This document shows, piece after piece, positions 49,761-58,853 of a DNA stretch of 64,000 nt. The notes under the pieces were generated by a model that was not told the DNA's origin, searched no databases, and was given only the letters and a program-made list of their open reading frames with translations. Both the position numbers and the translations under genes were made by a program. This stretch comes from Gemmatimonas sp. Its GTDB lineage: Bacteria; Gemmatimonadota; Gemmatimonadetes; Gemmatimonadales; Gemmatimonadaceae. The stretch covers positions 224,001-288,000 of the forward strand of contig JANNVQ010000014.1 of the NCBI GenBank assembly GCA_031414535.1, written 5' to 3'. How positions within the stretch are numbered: the first letter of the stretch is position 1; each line of letters starts with the position of its first letter.

Positions 49761-51253
49761 GGGTTGGGCACCCACGTGAACTCACCCTTGCCGAATCCAC
49801 CCGTAGAACGCAGACGCACATCCGTGCCATCAATGCGCGCCGTGTAAATCTGCGGCACCCAGCCGCCATCCACCTCCGCGTGCTGCGACGCGAACACCAC
49901 GTAGCGACCGTTCGGCGACACCACCGGATGGAACTGCCCGCCCGGCGGCAGCGACGCGGCGAGGAACGACCGCACTGCACCAGTCGCCACGTTCAGCGAG
50001 AGAATCTCGTTGTTCGAGCCGCCCCCGATTCTCGTGAACAGGAGCGTCGTCGCATCGGGCGTCCACTGCGGACGGATCTCCACATGATTGAGGCCCTGCG
50101 TGATATAGCGACGGTCGCTGCCATCGGCCCGCATCGTGGCAAGTCGCGACGTCTCGTAACCATTGATCACGCTGTCCTGCACGAAGGCGATGCGATACGC
50201 GCCATCTACCGGCACTGGCGACCACGTCGGCCAATGCTGCGAGCGCGCGTCAGATGTCAGGTTCACGGCGTTCGCACCATTCGCATCCATCACCCAGATG
50301 TCCGTCGGATTCCACGGACCCGGTGAGGCGAACTGGGTCCAACGGCGGAAGACAATCTTCTGCCCGTCTGGGCTCCAGCTCGGCTGGTCTTCGTAGTTCA
50401 TATCGCTGTCAGTGAGGCGCGCGTAGTTGCCACCGTCCAAATCCGAGACGCAGATGCCAGGCCCAGCCGCCACACAGGTCCACACGATGCGCTGGCCGTT
50501 GGGCGAGATGGATGGATGCCAGTTGCCGTTGTCGTCGAACACCGGACGCTTCGTGGCGTGGTTGCGCGGATCCACCCGATACATCCGCTGCGCACCGAAC
50601 GGACCATCTGCGGACACAAACACGAGTTCACCACCGAAGGTCGGACGCACCTGCACCAACGCCTGCACGAACAGATTACCGAGGCTCGCGCGAATGACGG
50701 CGCTACCTTCGGTCCTCGCCGTGACGGTACCCCCCGACACCGAGGCAATGTCGTCCGAGAGCGAGGCCCAAGCCACCGCAGCCGCGCTGATGTCTTCGCC
50801 AAGCGCATTGCGCAGCGTGACGGAGAGCTGCGCCTGGCCGCCTTCGTCGAGGCTGAGCTGCGTCGTGTTGAGGGTGAGGCTGGCAGGCGCCGGCGGACCG
50901 ACGGCAATCTCTAGCTGACGGGTGAGGCCGCCCGCTGTGACCTGCAGTCTGGCCCCTGCCTCGAGGTGCGCCGTGGCCAAGCCCTGCGCCGTGACGGACA
51001 CGACCGTGGGGTCGAGACTCACCCAAAGAACCGGGCGATCATTCAGCGCCTGCCCAGAAGCAGACTTGGGAATCGCCGCGAGTTGCAGCTGCTGGCCGCG
51101 CGCCATCACGGGAGCGGCGGGCTCAAGGTCGATGCTCGCCACCGGCGTGATGACCGGCGTGGGCTCGACGGGCGAGTCCTTGCAGCCCACCAGGCCCACG
51201 GCCTGCGCGATGAACATCAGTTGGATGAGACGTACATAGAAGCGGGATGGCAT
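49757..51253 (-). CDS. Lipoprotein with two Ig-like (Big_2) domains and PD40/TolB-like propeller; paralog of 44198-45448
   Basis: LVGC lipobox; shares YED.P.WSPDG, FRRW, PTDIW.M and NLT.DA.SQH.PTW blocks with the paralog. Confidence 0.85.
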   Translation of the reverse strand: MPSRFYVRLIQLMFIAQAVGLVGCKDSPVEPTPVITPVASIDLEPAAPVMARGQQLQLAAIPKSASGQALNDRPVLWVSLDPTVVSVTAQGLATAHLEAGARLQVTAGGLTRQLEIAVGPPAPASLTLNTTQLSLDEGGQAQLSVTLRNALGEDISAAAVAWASLSDDIASVSGGTVTARTEGSAVIRASLGNLFVQALVQVRPTFGGELVFVSADGPFGAQRMYRVDPRNHATKRPVFDDNGNWHPSISPNGQRIVWTCVAAGPGICVSDLDGGNYARLTDSDMNYEDQPSWSPDGQKIVFRRWTQFASPGPWNPTDIWVMDANGANAVNLTSDARSQHWPTWSPVPVDGAYRIAFVQDSVINGYETSRLATMRADGSDRRYITQGLNHVEIRPQWTPDATTLLFTRIGGGSNNEILSLNVATGAVRSFLAASLPPGGQFHPVVSPNGRYVVFASQHAEVDGGWVPQIYTARIDGTDVRLRSTGGFGKGEFTWVPNP

Positions 51254-51368
51254 TGGCACACTCAGCGGTTTGGCGTTTGATCGAGGGATGGATCCCCCCG
51301 ACGCGCCAAAAGCTCTTCCGCTCCGATTAGGGAGCCGCTTAAGCGGTGTCCGCGCTAGCTTAAGGGCC

Positions 51369-52286
51369 GTGCACGACCCCTCTGCCAAGGACCGCCTCGC
51401 CGCCTGGCGCCGCTCGCGCCCGCGCACGCCGCCACTCGAGCGACGCACCCTGCGCGTGCGGGGACTCGACTTCGCCGTGCGTAGCTCACCGCCCGTCCCC
51501 GGCGAAGTCCCGCTCGTCGCCATCAACGGCGGTCTGATCTACGGCCACGAACTGCTCTGGCCCACCCTCGCGCCCTTCGCCGAATACCGGCAGGTCATCC
51601 TTTACGATCAGCGCGGCCGCGGCGGCACCACTACCCCGCCCGGTGCACGCGCCGCGCGCATCGAACACGATGCGCTCGACCTGCAAGCTTTGCGCGAAGC
51701 GCTCAACATTCCGCTCTGGGACATCGCTGCGCACTCTTGGGGCTGCGGTATCGGCCTTCTCGGTGCCGCCCACGATGTGGACGGCGTACGCCGCGTCGTC
51801 ACCTTCGGAAGCGTCGGCCCCACCTCACGCTGGCTGCCCGGATTGCACGCGCGCGCCCTCGCGATGCTGCTCTCGCGTGACCGCCGCCGCGAGTACGAGG
51901 CACTGGCCGTACTCGACCCCGACACACTCACGCGTGACGATCCGGAAACGTACGCACACTACAGTCGCGCCCTGTACCCAGCGTATTTCCACGACGACAC
52001 AGCCATCCTCGGACCCCCGCCGCTCTCCATTTCCGCCACCGGCGCCGCCATCGCCGCCCGTCTACGCCGCGAAGGCTACGATTGGCGCGATACGCTCGCG
52101 CGCATCAAGGCACCCGTCCTACTCATTCACGGCGAGCAGGACTGCGTCCCCGTCGAAGAGTCGGCGGCGCATGCGCAGGTCATCGCGCGCGCCCACGTCA
52201 TGCGCGTGCCCCACTGCGGACACATGCCATTCTTCGAGTGGCCGGGACTGGTATTCGAAGCGGCACTGCGATTCATCTCGGCATGA
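51369..52286 (+). CDS. Alpha/beta hydrolase (proline-iminopeptidase-like)
   Basis: NGG, YDQRGRG, AHSWG, HGEQD, GHMPFFE. Confidence 0.85.
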   Translation: MHDPSAKDRLAAWRRSRPRTPPLERRTLRVRGLDFAVRSSPPVPGEVPLVAINGGLIYGHELLWPTLAPFAEYRQVILYDQRGRGGTTTPPGARAARIEHDALDLQALREALNIPLWDIAAHSWGCGIGLLGAAHDVDGVRRVVTFGSVGPTSRWLPGLHARALAMLLSRDRRREYEALAVLDPDTLTRDDPETYAHYSRALYPAYFHDDTAILGPPPLSISATGAAIAARLRREGYDWRDTLARIKAPVLLIHGEQDCVPVEESAAHAQVIARAHVMRVPHCGHMPFFEWPGLVFEAALRFISA

Positions 52287-53017
52287 AGCGTTCCATCAAT
52301 GCCTTGCTCATCACGGCGGGGCTCGCCCTCCTCGCCTGCACACCCAACGATCCGCCTGCCTCGCGCAGCAAGCACATCGTGGTCGAAGACGACCCATCTG
52401 GCCTTAACAGCGAGCTCGACAGCTCCGCAATCGCTGCACCGGAGCGTGATGCTATCGCTATCGCCACGGCGCTCGAGACACGTCTCGATGGCACATACCT
52501 CGCCGAGCTCCTCGAGATGCGCGATGGCTGGAACTATCGCTGGCCGGATCGCCGCCTCGAACCGATGCGCGTGTGGATTCAACCCTCGCAGCTAGAGGGC
52601 TACCAGCCAGACTTCGCACGCGCTGTTGAATCGAGCTTCAACGACTGGGCGCTCATCGGCCTGCCGTTTCTCTTCACCTTCGTGCGCGATTCCGCACGCG
52701 CGGAAGTGCACGTGACTTGGGTCAGTCGCTTTGAGGCACGCATGACCGGACGCACGCTCTGGCGTCACGATCAGCACGGCTGGATCACCGGCGGTTCGCT
52801 CGAGCTAGCACTCAAGTTGCCCGATGGTCGCCCTGTCGTGATGGACGGCGTCCGCGCCATCGCGCTGCACGAAGTTGGGCACTTGGTGGGCCTTGATCAT
52901 CCCTCCGACCAAACCAGCGTGATGGCCGCGCAAGTATTCGTCACGCAAATGAACGAGGCGGACCGACGCACGGCCCGCCTCATCTACGATCTTCCGCCCG
53001 GACGACTGCGCCCCTAG
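52283..53017 (+). CDS. Matrixin/M10-family zinc metalloprotease lipoprotein
   Basis: LLAC lipobox; HEVGHLVGLDH and Met-turn SVM. Confidence 0.88.
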   Translation: MKRSINALLITAGLALLACTPNDPPASRSKHIVVEDDPSGLNSELDSSAIAAPERDAIAIATALETRLDGTYLAELLEMRDGWNYRWPDRRLEPMRVWIQPSQLEGYQPDFARAVESSFNDWALIGLPFLFTFVRDSARAEVHVTWVSRFEARMTGRTLWRHDQHGWITGGSLELALKLPDGRPVVMDGVRAIALHEVGHLVGLDHPSDQTSVMAAQVFVTQMNEADRRTARLIYDLPPGRLRP

Positions 53018-53034
53018 TCCCCGCGCTTTTGCAC

Positions 53035-54258
53035 TTAGGGCCGCGGCGCCCGCTCGGCGTTCCGCCGGATGGTCACCGTGCGCGTATCACGCGCACGCCA
53101 CACACGCAGCGTGGACTGATTTGCGTCCGTAAGGCTGAGCAGCCGCGCCAGCACAAGCGGCGAGGTCGCATTGGTGCCATCTACCGAGAGCACCACGTCG
53201 CCGGACTTGAGTCCAGCCGCAGCAGCAGCGGAGCCGGCCGCCACTTCGTTCACCAACACGCCATCGGTACCTGCGCGCACGCCTAGCACCGAACGCCAGT
53301 CCTCATCGAGAGAGCGGAACTGCGCGCCGTTGAAGTACGCAATCTCGCTCGTGGCGCCGTTTGTCACTCCGTAGAGAAAGACCATTGGCGCAACGGCGGC
53401 CGGTGGAGTCGGCGGCGTGGGTGGTGTTGGTGCCGTCGCCGCTGAGCCGCGTACCATTGGCGCACGAGCCGTCGGTGGCGTGGGCGGTTTCGGTGGCGTG
53501 CCAGGCATGGGCGATGCTCCCTGCACACTCGGCATTGGCAGCATAGTCACGACGCGATTCCCGTTCTCGTCGGCCGAATCTCGCACCCACACGCGCGCCA
53601 CGCTGCCCATCCGTAGTGGCTGCATCACGCGCTCAAACTCCGGGCAGGCCGTGCGCATCCGCTGCGGGCGCGGCGCAACCGTCACCACGAACTCCATCGC
53701 TTTGCCATCGCGCTCCACCACCACCGGTAGGCGACGACCGGGTTCCAGCAAGTCGGCCAAGCGCGGCACTGCCGTGCGTGCATCGCGCCCGCCTACGCTG
53801 ACCAAGCGATCTTCCGCATGAATGCCAGCAGCTTCGGCCGGCGAACCCGGCTCAACGCTCGTAATCATCGTGCGCTCCACCACCGCCACGTTGCGATCGC
53901 GCACTTCCAGTTCGTTGGTGATGGTCACGCCAAGGTAGCCGTTACTCACGGCCGCCTGCTGTTCCATGCAGCGCGACTCAATCACGCTCATCACGCTGAA
54001 GGCTTCGCGCGACACCCGCGCCAGCTGTTGCTCAAGATTGCGCCGCGCCACCACATCGTCGGCGGGTGTGTTGGCCAGCTCACGCAGCAAGCGCGCCTCA
54101 CGCGAGCGCAACTCATTCACGAGACGAATAATCTCATCTTCATTGAACTGCGTGGCCCGAGTACGCACAGGGCCCGACGCCGACGTCTGTTGCATCGCGG
54201 CCAGCGGCAGCGCGGTCGTGAACGCAAAGAGCGCAACGAGACTCAGCTTCACCTTCAT
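53035..54258 (-). CDS. Secreted protein with two PDZ domains
   Basis: Signal peptide; GYLGV...VEPGSPAEAAGI and VAAGSAAAAAGLKSGDVV; Pro-rich linker. Confidence 0.85.
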   Translation of the reverse strand: MKVKLSLVALFAFTTALPLAAMQQTSASGPVRTRATQFNEDEIIRLVNELRSREARLLRELANTPADDVVARRNLEQQLARVSREAFSVMSVIESRCMEQQAAVSNGYLGVTITNELEVRDRNVAVVERTMITSVEPGSPAEAAGIHAEDRLVSVGGRDARTAVPRLADLLEPGRRLPVVVERDGKAMEFVVTVAPRPQRMRTACPEFERVMQPLRMGSVARVWVRDSADENGNRVVTMLPMPSVQGASPMPGTPPKPPTPPTARAPMVRGSAATAPTPPTPPTPPAAVAPMVFLYGVTNGATSEIAYFNGAQFRSLDEDWRSVLGVRAGTDGVLVNEVAAGSAAAAAGLKSGDVVLSVDGTNATSPLVLARLLSLTDANQSTLRVWRARDTRTVTIRRNAERAPRP

Positions 54259-54259
54259 A

Positions 54260-54988
54260 TCAGTACCGCTCCAAGCGACGCGTCGTCGGCATCGCCGCAC
54301 CAATCTCACGCAGCGTGGCCTCGCGTGCGCCGAGCGTGGTCAGATAGTACTGATTGAGCAGCGGATCCTGAGGCGCGCGGTAGAGCGCGGCACGCGTGGT
54401 CGCGGCGATTTCATCGAGCGCCGCGAGTCGGGCTTCGTACGAGTCCTGATTCATCCCCACAAAGCGAGAGAGCGTGTCGCGCGAGGCCAAGAACGCCGCC
54501 GCGGACTGATACTGCTGCTGCGCTACGTTGAGCGCGCGCACGGCTTCATCCGGCGAGCCGTACTGCGCAATTGGTGCAGCGGCCATTTCGAAGTTCGGAT
54601 TGGCTGCATCAGACGGTGCCGTGGCGCGGCCGAGCAATCCGCCGCCGACCACCAACGCGAGTCCAGCCGCGATGCGCATTGCCCACACGTTGAGCGACGA
54701 TTGACGCTCAGGCTTCATCAAGGGCCGCACATCAGCGCCACCAAAACTCGGCGACAGCGCGCGCTGCGAATCCACGATGATGCCTTCAGCTCGCAGCTGC
54801 GGCGCGAGCTGCGACCACGCGGTCAGAGGCTCAGACTGAGCCGGCGCCATCGCCGCCATCCGAGCCAAGCGACGGTACGCCGCAACCTCGGCGCGGCAAT
54901 CCCAGCAGCCGGCCAAGTGCGTGGCTTCTTCGGGAGTAGGCGTCTCATCCGCAAACGCGGCGAGACGGTCAATCGAGAGGTGTGACAT
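54260..54988 (-). CDS. Zinc-finger (HxxxCxxC) anti-sigma factor
   Basis: HLAGCWDC and a TM helix; directly downstream of the ECF sigma gene. Confidence 0.8.
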   Translation of the reverse strand: MSHLSIDRLAAFADETPTPEEATHLAGCWDCRAEVAAYRRLARMAAMAPAQSEPLTAWSQLAPQLRAEGIIVDSQRALSPSFGGADVRPLMKPERQSSLNVWAMRIAAGLALVVGGGLLGRATAPSDAANPNFEMAAAPIAQYGSPDEAVRALNVAQQQYQSAAAFLASRDTLSRFVGMNQDSYEARLAALDEIAATTRAALYRAPQDPLLNQYYLTTLGAREATLREIGAAMPTTRRLERY

Positions 54989-55559
54989 AATCCGAGTCCT
55001 GCGCTTGCGAGGAAACATCGACCGAAACATCCACTAGGTGCGCGAGCAATCGCCGGAGCTTGGCCCGCGCTTTGAACAGTTGAGACTTCGACCCGCCCGA
55101 GGTGATGCCGAGTTCCTTGGCAATCTCCTCGTGCGTGTATCCCTCCACGTCGTGGAGCACAAATACCGTGCGCGCGCCGGGAGAGAGCTTCTGCACCGCT
55201 TCATCAATGGACTGCGCGAGGAATGTGCGATCCATATCCTCGTCCACCGACACCGTGTCGTCTTCCATCACCGTCTCGAGCTTGGCGAGCCGTCGCACCG
55301 AGCGCAGCGCGTTGAGCGTGCGATTCACTGCAATGCGATGCGCCCAAGTTGAGAACTGCGAATCGCCACGCCACGTGGGCAAGGCGCGGAAGATTTGAAT
55401 CCACACTTCCTGCGCGATGTCCGCCGCTTGATCAGGATCTCCCACCAATCGGCGGACCACGGCGTCGATGCGCGGCGCGTGCGCCACCCACAGGGCGCGC
55501 AACGCCGATTCATCGCCGTTGATGGCGCGTCGGATGGTGAGGGGGTCGGAAGAAGCCAT
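54969..55559 (-). CDS. ECF RNA polymerase sigma factor
   Basis: DIAQEVW, FSTWAHRIAVN, EGYTHEEIA...SKSQLFKAR. Confidence 0.95.
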   Translation of the reverse strand: MASSDPLTIRRAINGDESALRALWVAHAPRIDAVVRRLVGDPDQAADIAQEVWIQIFRALPTWRGDSQFSTWAHRIAVNRTLNALRSVRRLAKLETVMEDDTVSVDEDMDRTFLAQSIDEAVQKLSPGARTVFVLHDVEGYTHEEIAKELGITSGGSKSQLFKARAKLRRLLAHLVDVSVDVSSQAQDSDYVTPLD

Positions 55560-55642
55560 GGGTCTACGCTAATTGAGTCACGGATTGGGGCGGGATGGTT
55601 GCTCTCTTTGAGTACGGGGGTATGCTGTAGGAGGTGACATAC

Positions 55643-55751
55643 TGGACGGATGACGGATGACGGATGCTACTGCACCCAGATTCGTGTCTTCTGAAGTTTG
55701 CTAACTCCAAGCCGCCGTTGCGTTTATCAGCCGTCATCCGTCTTCCGTCCA
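55643..55751. repeat. Intergenic inverted element with GACGGAT heptamer arms
   Basis: TGGACGGATGACGGATGACGGATG ... CAGCCGTCATCCGTCTTCCGTCCA. Confidence 0.8.
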
Positions 55752-55753
55752 CA

Positions 55754-57052
55754 ATGCTGCTTCCGCTCATCACCCTCGTATCAAGCCTGGCCCTGCCCGA
55801 AGCCGTCCCGCTTCGAGCGCCGAGCTCCGTACGCATGTCCGCCGAGCGCCTCGTCGAGGTGGACCGCATCGTCGAGGCGGGCATCAGAGCGGGAGCCTTC
55901 CCTGGCGCCGCCGTGGTGATTGGACGTCGCGGGGTCGCGGTGCACCAAAAGGGCTACGGCCGGCTCACATGGTCCAACACCAGCGCTCGTGTTGATCCCA
56001 CTACGAGCATCTACGATCTCGCCTCACTTACCAAAGCCGTTTGCCTCACCAGCGCGGCCATGGTGCTCTACGACCAAGGCAAGCTGCCGCTCGATGCGCG
56101 CGTGCAGACCATCCTCCCCGAGTTCACCGGGCGTTGGAAGGAGCGCGTGACCATCGCGCACCTGCTCACGCATCGCTCAGGCATGCCGCCGGGCCGCCGC
56201 ATTTGGCTCACGGCCAAAAATCCCGCCCAAGGCCGCGAGCAGGTGCTCACCACGCGCATGAACTCCATGCCCGGCGGAGTCACGGACTACTCCGACCTCG
56301 GTGCCATGGTACTCGGCTTCGCCATCGAGCGTGTGTCCGGAATGCCGCTCGACCAGTTCTGCGAAACGCGCATCTTCAGGCCACTGGGGATGACCAGCAC
56401 CGTCTACACGCCGGACCCCGCGCTGGTCCAGAGCATCGCACCCACAGAGATGTACCCACCGCGCGGCTACGGCCTACGCGGCGAGGTGCACGACGAAAGT
56501 GCATTTACGATTGGAAAGGTGAGCGGCAACGCCGGGCTCTTCGGCACCGCCACCGACCTCGCCATCTTTGCGCAGATGATGCTGAACCGCGGCGTCTATG
56601 GTGGGGTTCGGGTCTTTGCGGATTCGACGGTGCGGCGCTTCACCGCGCTGCAGACGGACACGCGCACCTATGGCTGGATGATCAACAACGGCGAACAGGG
56701 CAGCGGTGAGTTCCTGAGCACCAAGGCCTACGGTCACGCCGGCTACACGGGCACCTCGCTCTGGATTGACCCCGAGCGCGAGCTCTTCATCATCATTCTG
56801 GCAAATCGCGTCCATAATCCGCGGGCGCGTCGCCCGGGCATCATCATCGCGGACGTGCGGCACGACGTCGCGGACGCGGCAGCACTCGCCATCACCGATG
56901 AGCGGAGCCTCGCCGGGGTCAGTTGGCCGCGCGACTTCCGCGTGGATCAGCGCCCTGACTGGAACCCGCCCACGCGCTCGCTGGTTCGTCGTCCAACGAC
57001 TCTCCCGCGCGCAGCGGCCGCGTCGAGTCCCAACACCAATACGCAGCAGTGA
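55754..57052 (+). CDS. Beta-lactamase-family serine hydrolase
   Basis: ASLTK (SxxK), LLTHRSG, YSD, GHAGYTG. Confidence 0.9.
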   Translation: MLLPLITLVSSLALPEAVPLRAPSSVRMSAERLVEVDRIVEAGIRAGAFPGAAVVIGRRGVAVHQKGYGRLTWSNTSARVDPTTSIYDLASLTKAVCLTSAAMVLYDQGKLPLDARVQTILPEFTGRWKERVTIAHLLTHRSGMPPGRRIWLTAKNPAQGREQVLTTRMNSMPGGVTDYSDLGAMVLGFAIERVSGMPLDQFCETRIFRPLGMTSTVYTPDPALVQSIAPTEMYPPRGYGLRGEVHDESAFTIGKVSGNAGLFGTATDLAIFAQMMLNRGVYGGVRVFADSTVRRFTALQTDTRTYGWMINNGEQGSGEFLSTKAYGHAGYTGTSLWIDPERELFIIILANRVHNPRARRPGIIIADVRHDVADAAALAITDERSLAGVSWPRDFRVDQRPDWNPPTRSLVRRPTTLPRAAAASSPNTNTQQ

Positions 57053-57411
57053 GCGATTCCGAAGCCGAAGTTCCAGCCCCCGCGAGTGACGACGCGGCCC
57101 CCGCAGCCAGCACCGGCATCACCGAAGACAAGGTGAAGCTCGCGCTCAGGCGCGTGAAGGATCCTGAGCTCAACCTCAACATCCTCGACCTCGGCCTCAT
57201 CTACGGCATCGCGGTGGAAGGGAATGACATCAAAATTGACATGTCACTCACCTCACCCGGTTGCCCCTCGGGCCCCGAGATCATGACCGACGCCGAGAAC
57301 CAGTTGAAGGCCCTCGACGGCGTCGGCACCGTGTCCATGAACCTCGTCTGGTCGCCGCCCTGGACTCCCGATCGCATCGAGCCTCGCGTCCGCGCGTATC
57401 TCGGGTTCTGA
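57049..57411 (+). CDS. DUF59/SufT-like Fe-S cluster assembly protein
   Basis: DPEL.LNI.DLGLIY, TSPGCP, WSPPW. Confidence 0.92.
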   Translation: MSDSEAEVPAPASDDAAPAASTGITEDKVKLALRRVKDPELNLNILDLGLIYGIAVEGNDIKIDMSLTSPGCPSGPEIMTDAENQLKALDGVGTVSMNLVWSPPWTPDRIEPRVRAYLGF

Positions 57412-57424
57412 CACCTAACGGCGG

Positions 57425-57552
57425 TCACCACGGAGACACAGAGGCTCGGAGACTGCAACAGCATGACAAAGGGGGCTCGTACCGAATCATCGGTGCGAGC
57501 CCCCCATTTTCATCCTCTGTGCACCCTCTGTGTCTCCGTGCCTCCGTGGTGA
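57425..57552. repeat. Intergenic inverted element with octamer CAC(G/A)GAG(A/G) arms around a central hairpin (likely bidirectional terminator)
   Basis: TCACCACGGAGACACAGAGG ... CTCTGTGTCTCCGTGCCTCCGTGGTGA; inner stem 57471-57504. Confidence 0.8.
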
Positions 57553-57564
57553 AGCAGTTCGCCC

Positions 57565-58770
57565 TTACAGTTCGAGGTACGGCGAATCCTTCTTCTTAAA
57601 CGGCGCCAGCGCCTTCACAAAACCATCGCCGAGCTCGGCAACCTGCCAGCGCCTGAACTCTGGAATCTGCAAAATCTCCGCCGGCTCGCCCGGCAGCATC
57701 CGCGCCACCGCTTCCATACGCTCGCGTGAGCAGAGCACGCCGGGATCCAGTTCCAGCCGCGTCGCCGCCGCATCGCGCACCGCCTTCAGCCCACCAACCT
57801 TGTGATCGAAGTCCGGATCCCGATCCCAACGCGCAGACTTTGGGAACTTCGGCAGATCCGCCTCAGCCACCGCCAGCCCACGATCAATTGCCGCGACCAT
57901 GTCGCTCGACGCGCGCTCGAGGATGCCACGCGGCATGCCCTTGATGTTGCCGAGTGATTCCTTGCTTGCCGGATGTCCCTTCGCGGCTTCGAGCAGCACT
58001 TCGTTGCTCACCACCCGGAAGGTCGCGCGGTCAAGCTTGAGCGCCGCGGAATCGCGCCACAGCACGAGTTCCTTGAACACCGCCAACTCACGCCGCGTGA
58101 GATCGCGCGCGCCCTTCACTTTCAGGAATCCATTGCCGCTGTCATCCGAGGCCCAGCGCACACTTTCGAGACGCTCGAACTCTTCCTTCGCCCAAGCCAA
58201 CCGCTCCTTCTTTACCAACTGCTCGTGCAGAAGATCGCGCAGGCCAAGCAGGTGGATGGTGTCCTGCGCCGCGTAGTCGAGCATGTCGGCTGTGAGCGGG
58301 CGCATGGACCAATCCGCGCGCTGATGCTTTTTATCCAGCTTGATTTCGAAGTAGGCCTCGAGCAAGGCCGCGAGCCCAAACGCCTTCAAGCCCAACAACT
58401 GCGCCGCCACGCGAGTGTCAAACACGTTGCGCACATTCCACCCATAGTCCTGGTGCAACAACCGCAGGTCGTAATCGGCATCGTGGAACACAATCTCGAC
58501 CTTCGGGTCTTCAATCAGCGCGCCAAGTAGTGCGGGCGGCTTGATGGCCAGCGGATCAATCACCGCGTGCGCGCTGTCCGTGCTTAGTTGCAGCAGGTAG
58601 ATGCGGTCAATGAAACGATGGAAGCTCGCCCCTTCGGTATCGAGCGCCAGCCGGCGCGCGCCTTTGGCCGCCGCCAGCCAGTCAGTGACGGCGGCATCGG
58701 TGTCCAGATAGACGGCAGAAGGCTTCTTGTCGGCTCGAGGCAAAGGTAGTACGGGTTCGGGTTTCTCCAA
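57565..58770 (-). CDS. rnd: Ribonuclease D
   Basis: LDTE, LLQL, FHDADYD, DTRVAAQLLG, DWSMRPL, YAAQD and HRDC domain. Confidence 0.92.
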   Translation of the reverse strand: MEKPEPVLPLPRADKKPSAVYLDTDAAVTDWLAAAKGARRLALDTEGASFHRFIDRIYLLQLSTDSAHAVIDPLAIKPPALLGALIEDPKVEIVFHDADYDLRLLHQDYGWNVRNVFDTRVAAQLLGLKAFGLAALLEAYFEIKLDKKHQRADWSMRPLTADMLDYAAQDTIHLLGLRDLLHEQLVKKERLAWAKEEFERLESVRWASDDSGNGFLKVKGARDLTRRELAVFKELVLWRDSAALKLDRATFRVVSNEVLLEAAKGHPASKESLGNIKGMPRGILERASSDMVAAIDRGLAVAEADLPKFPKSARWDRDPDFDHKVGGLKAVRDAAATRLELDPGVLCSRERMEAVARMLPGEPAEILQIPEFRRWQVAELGDGFVKALAPFKKKDSPYLEL

Positions 58771-58853
58771 TCTAGCCGCTCGGCACTCGGCGGGCCGCCC
58801 TTGCCCTGCGACGGTGGCGGGAGTTGTGTTCTCCTTGGTCCCTCATACCTGCA

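Noticed and set aside
55754..57052. Antibiotic-resistance beta-lactamase
   Set aside because: YSD and HAG motifs fit the broad serine-hydrolase/esterase family, not a class A or C beta-lactamase.
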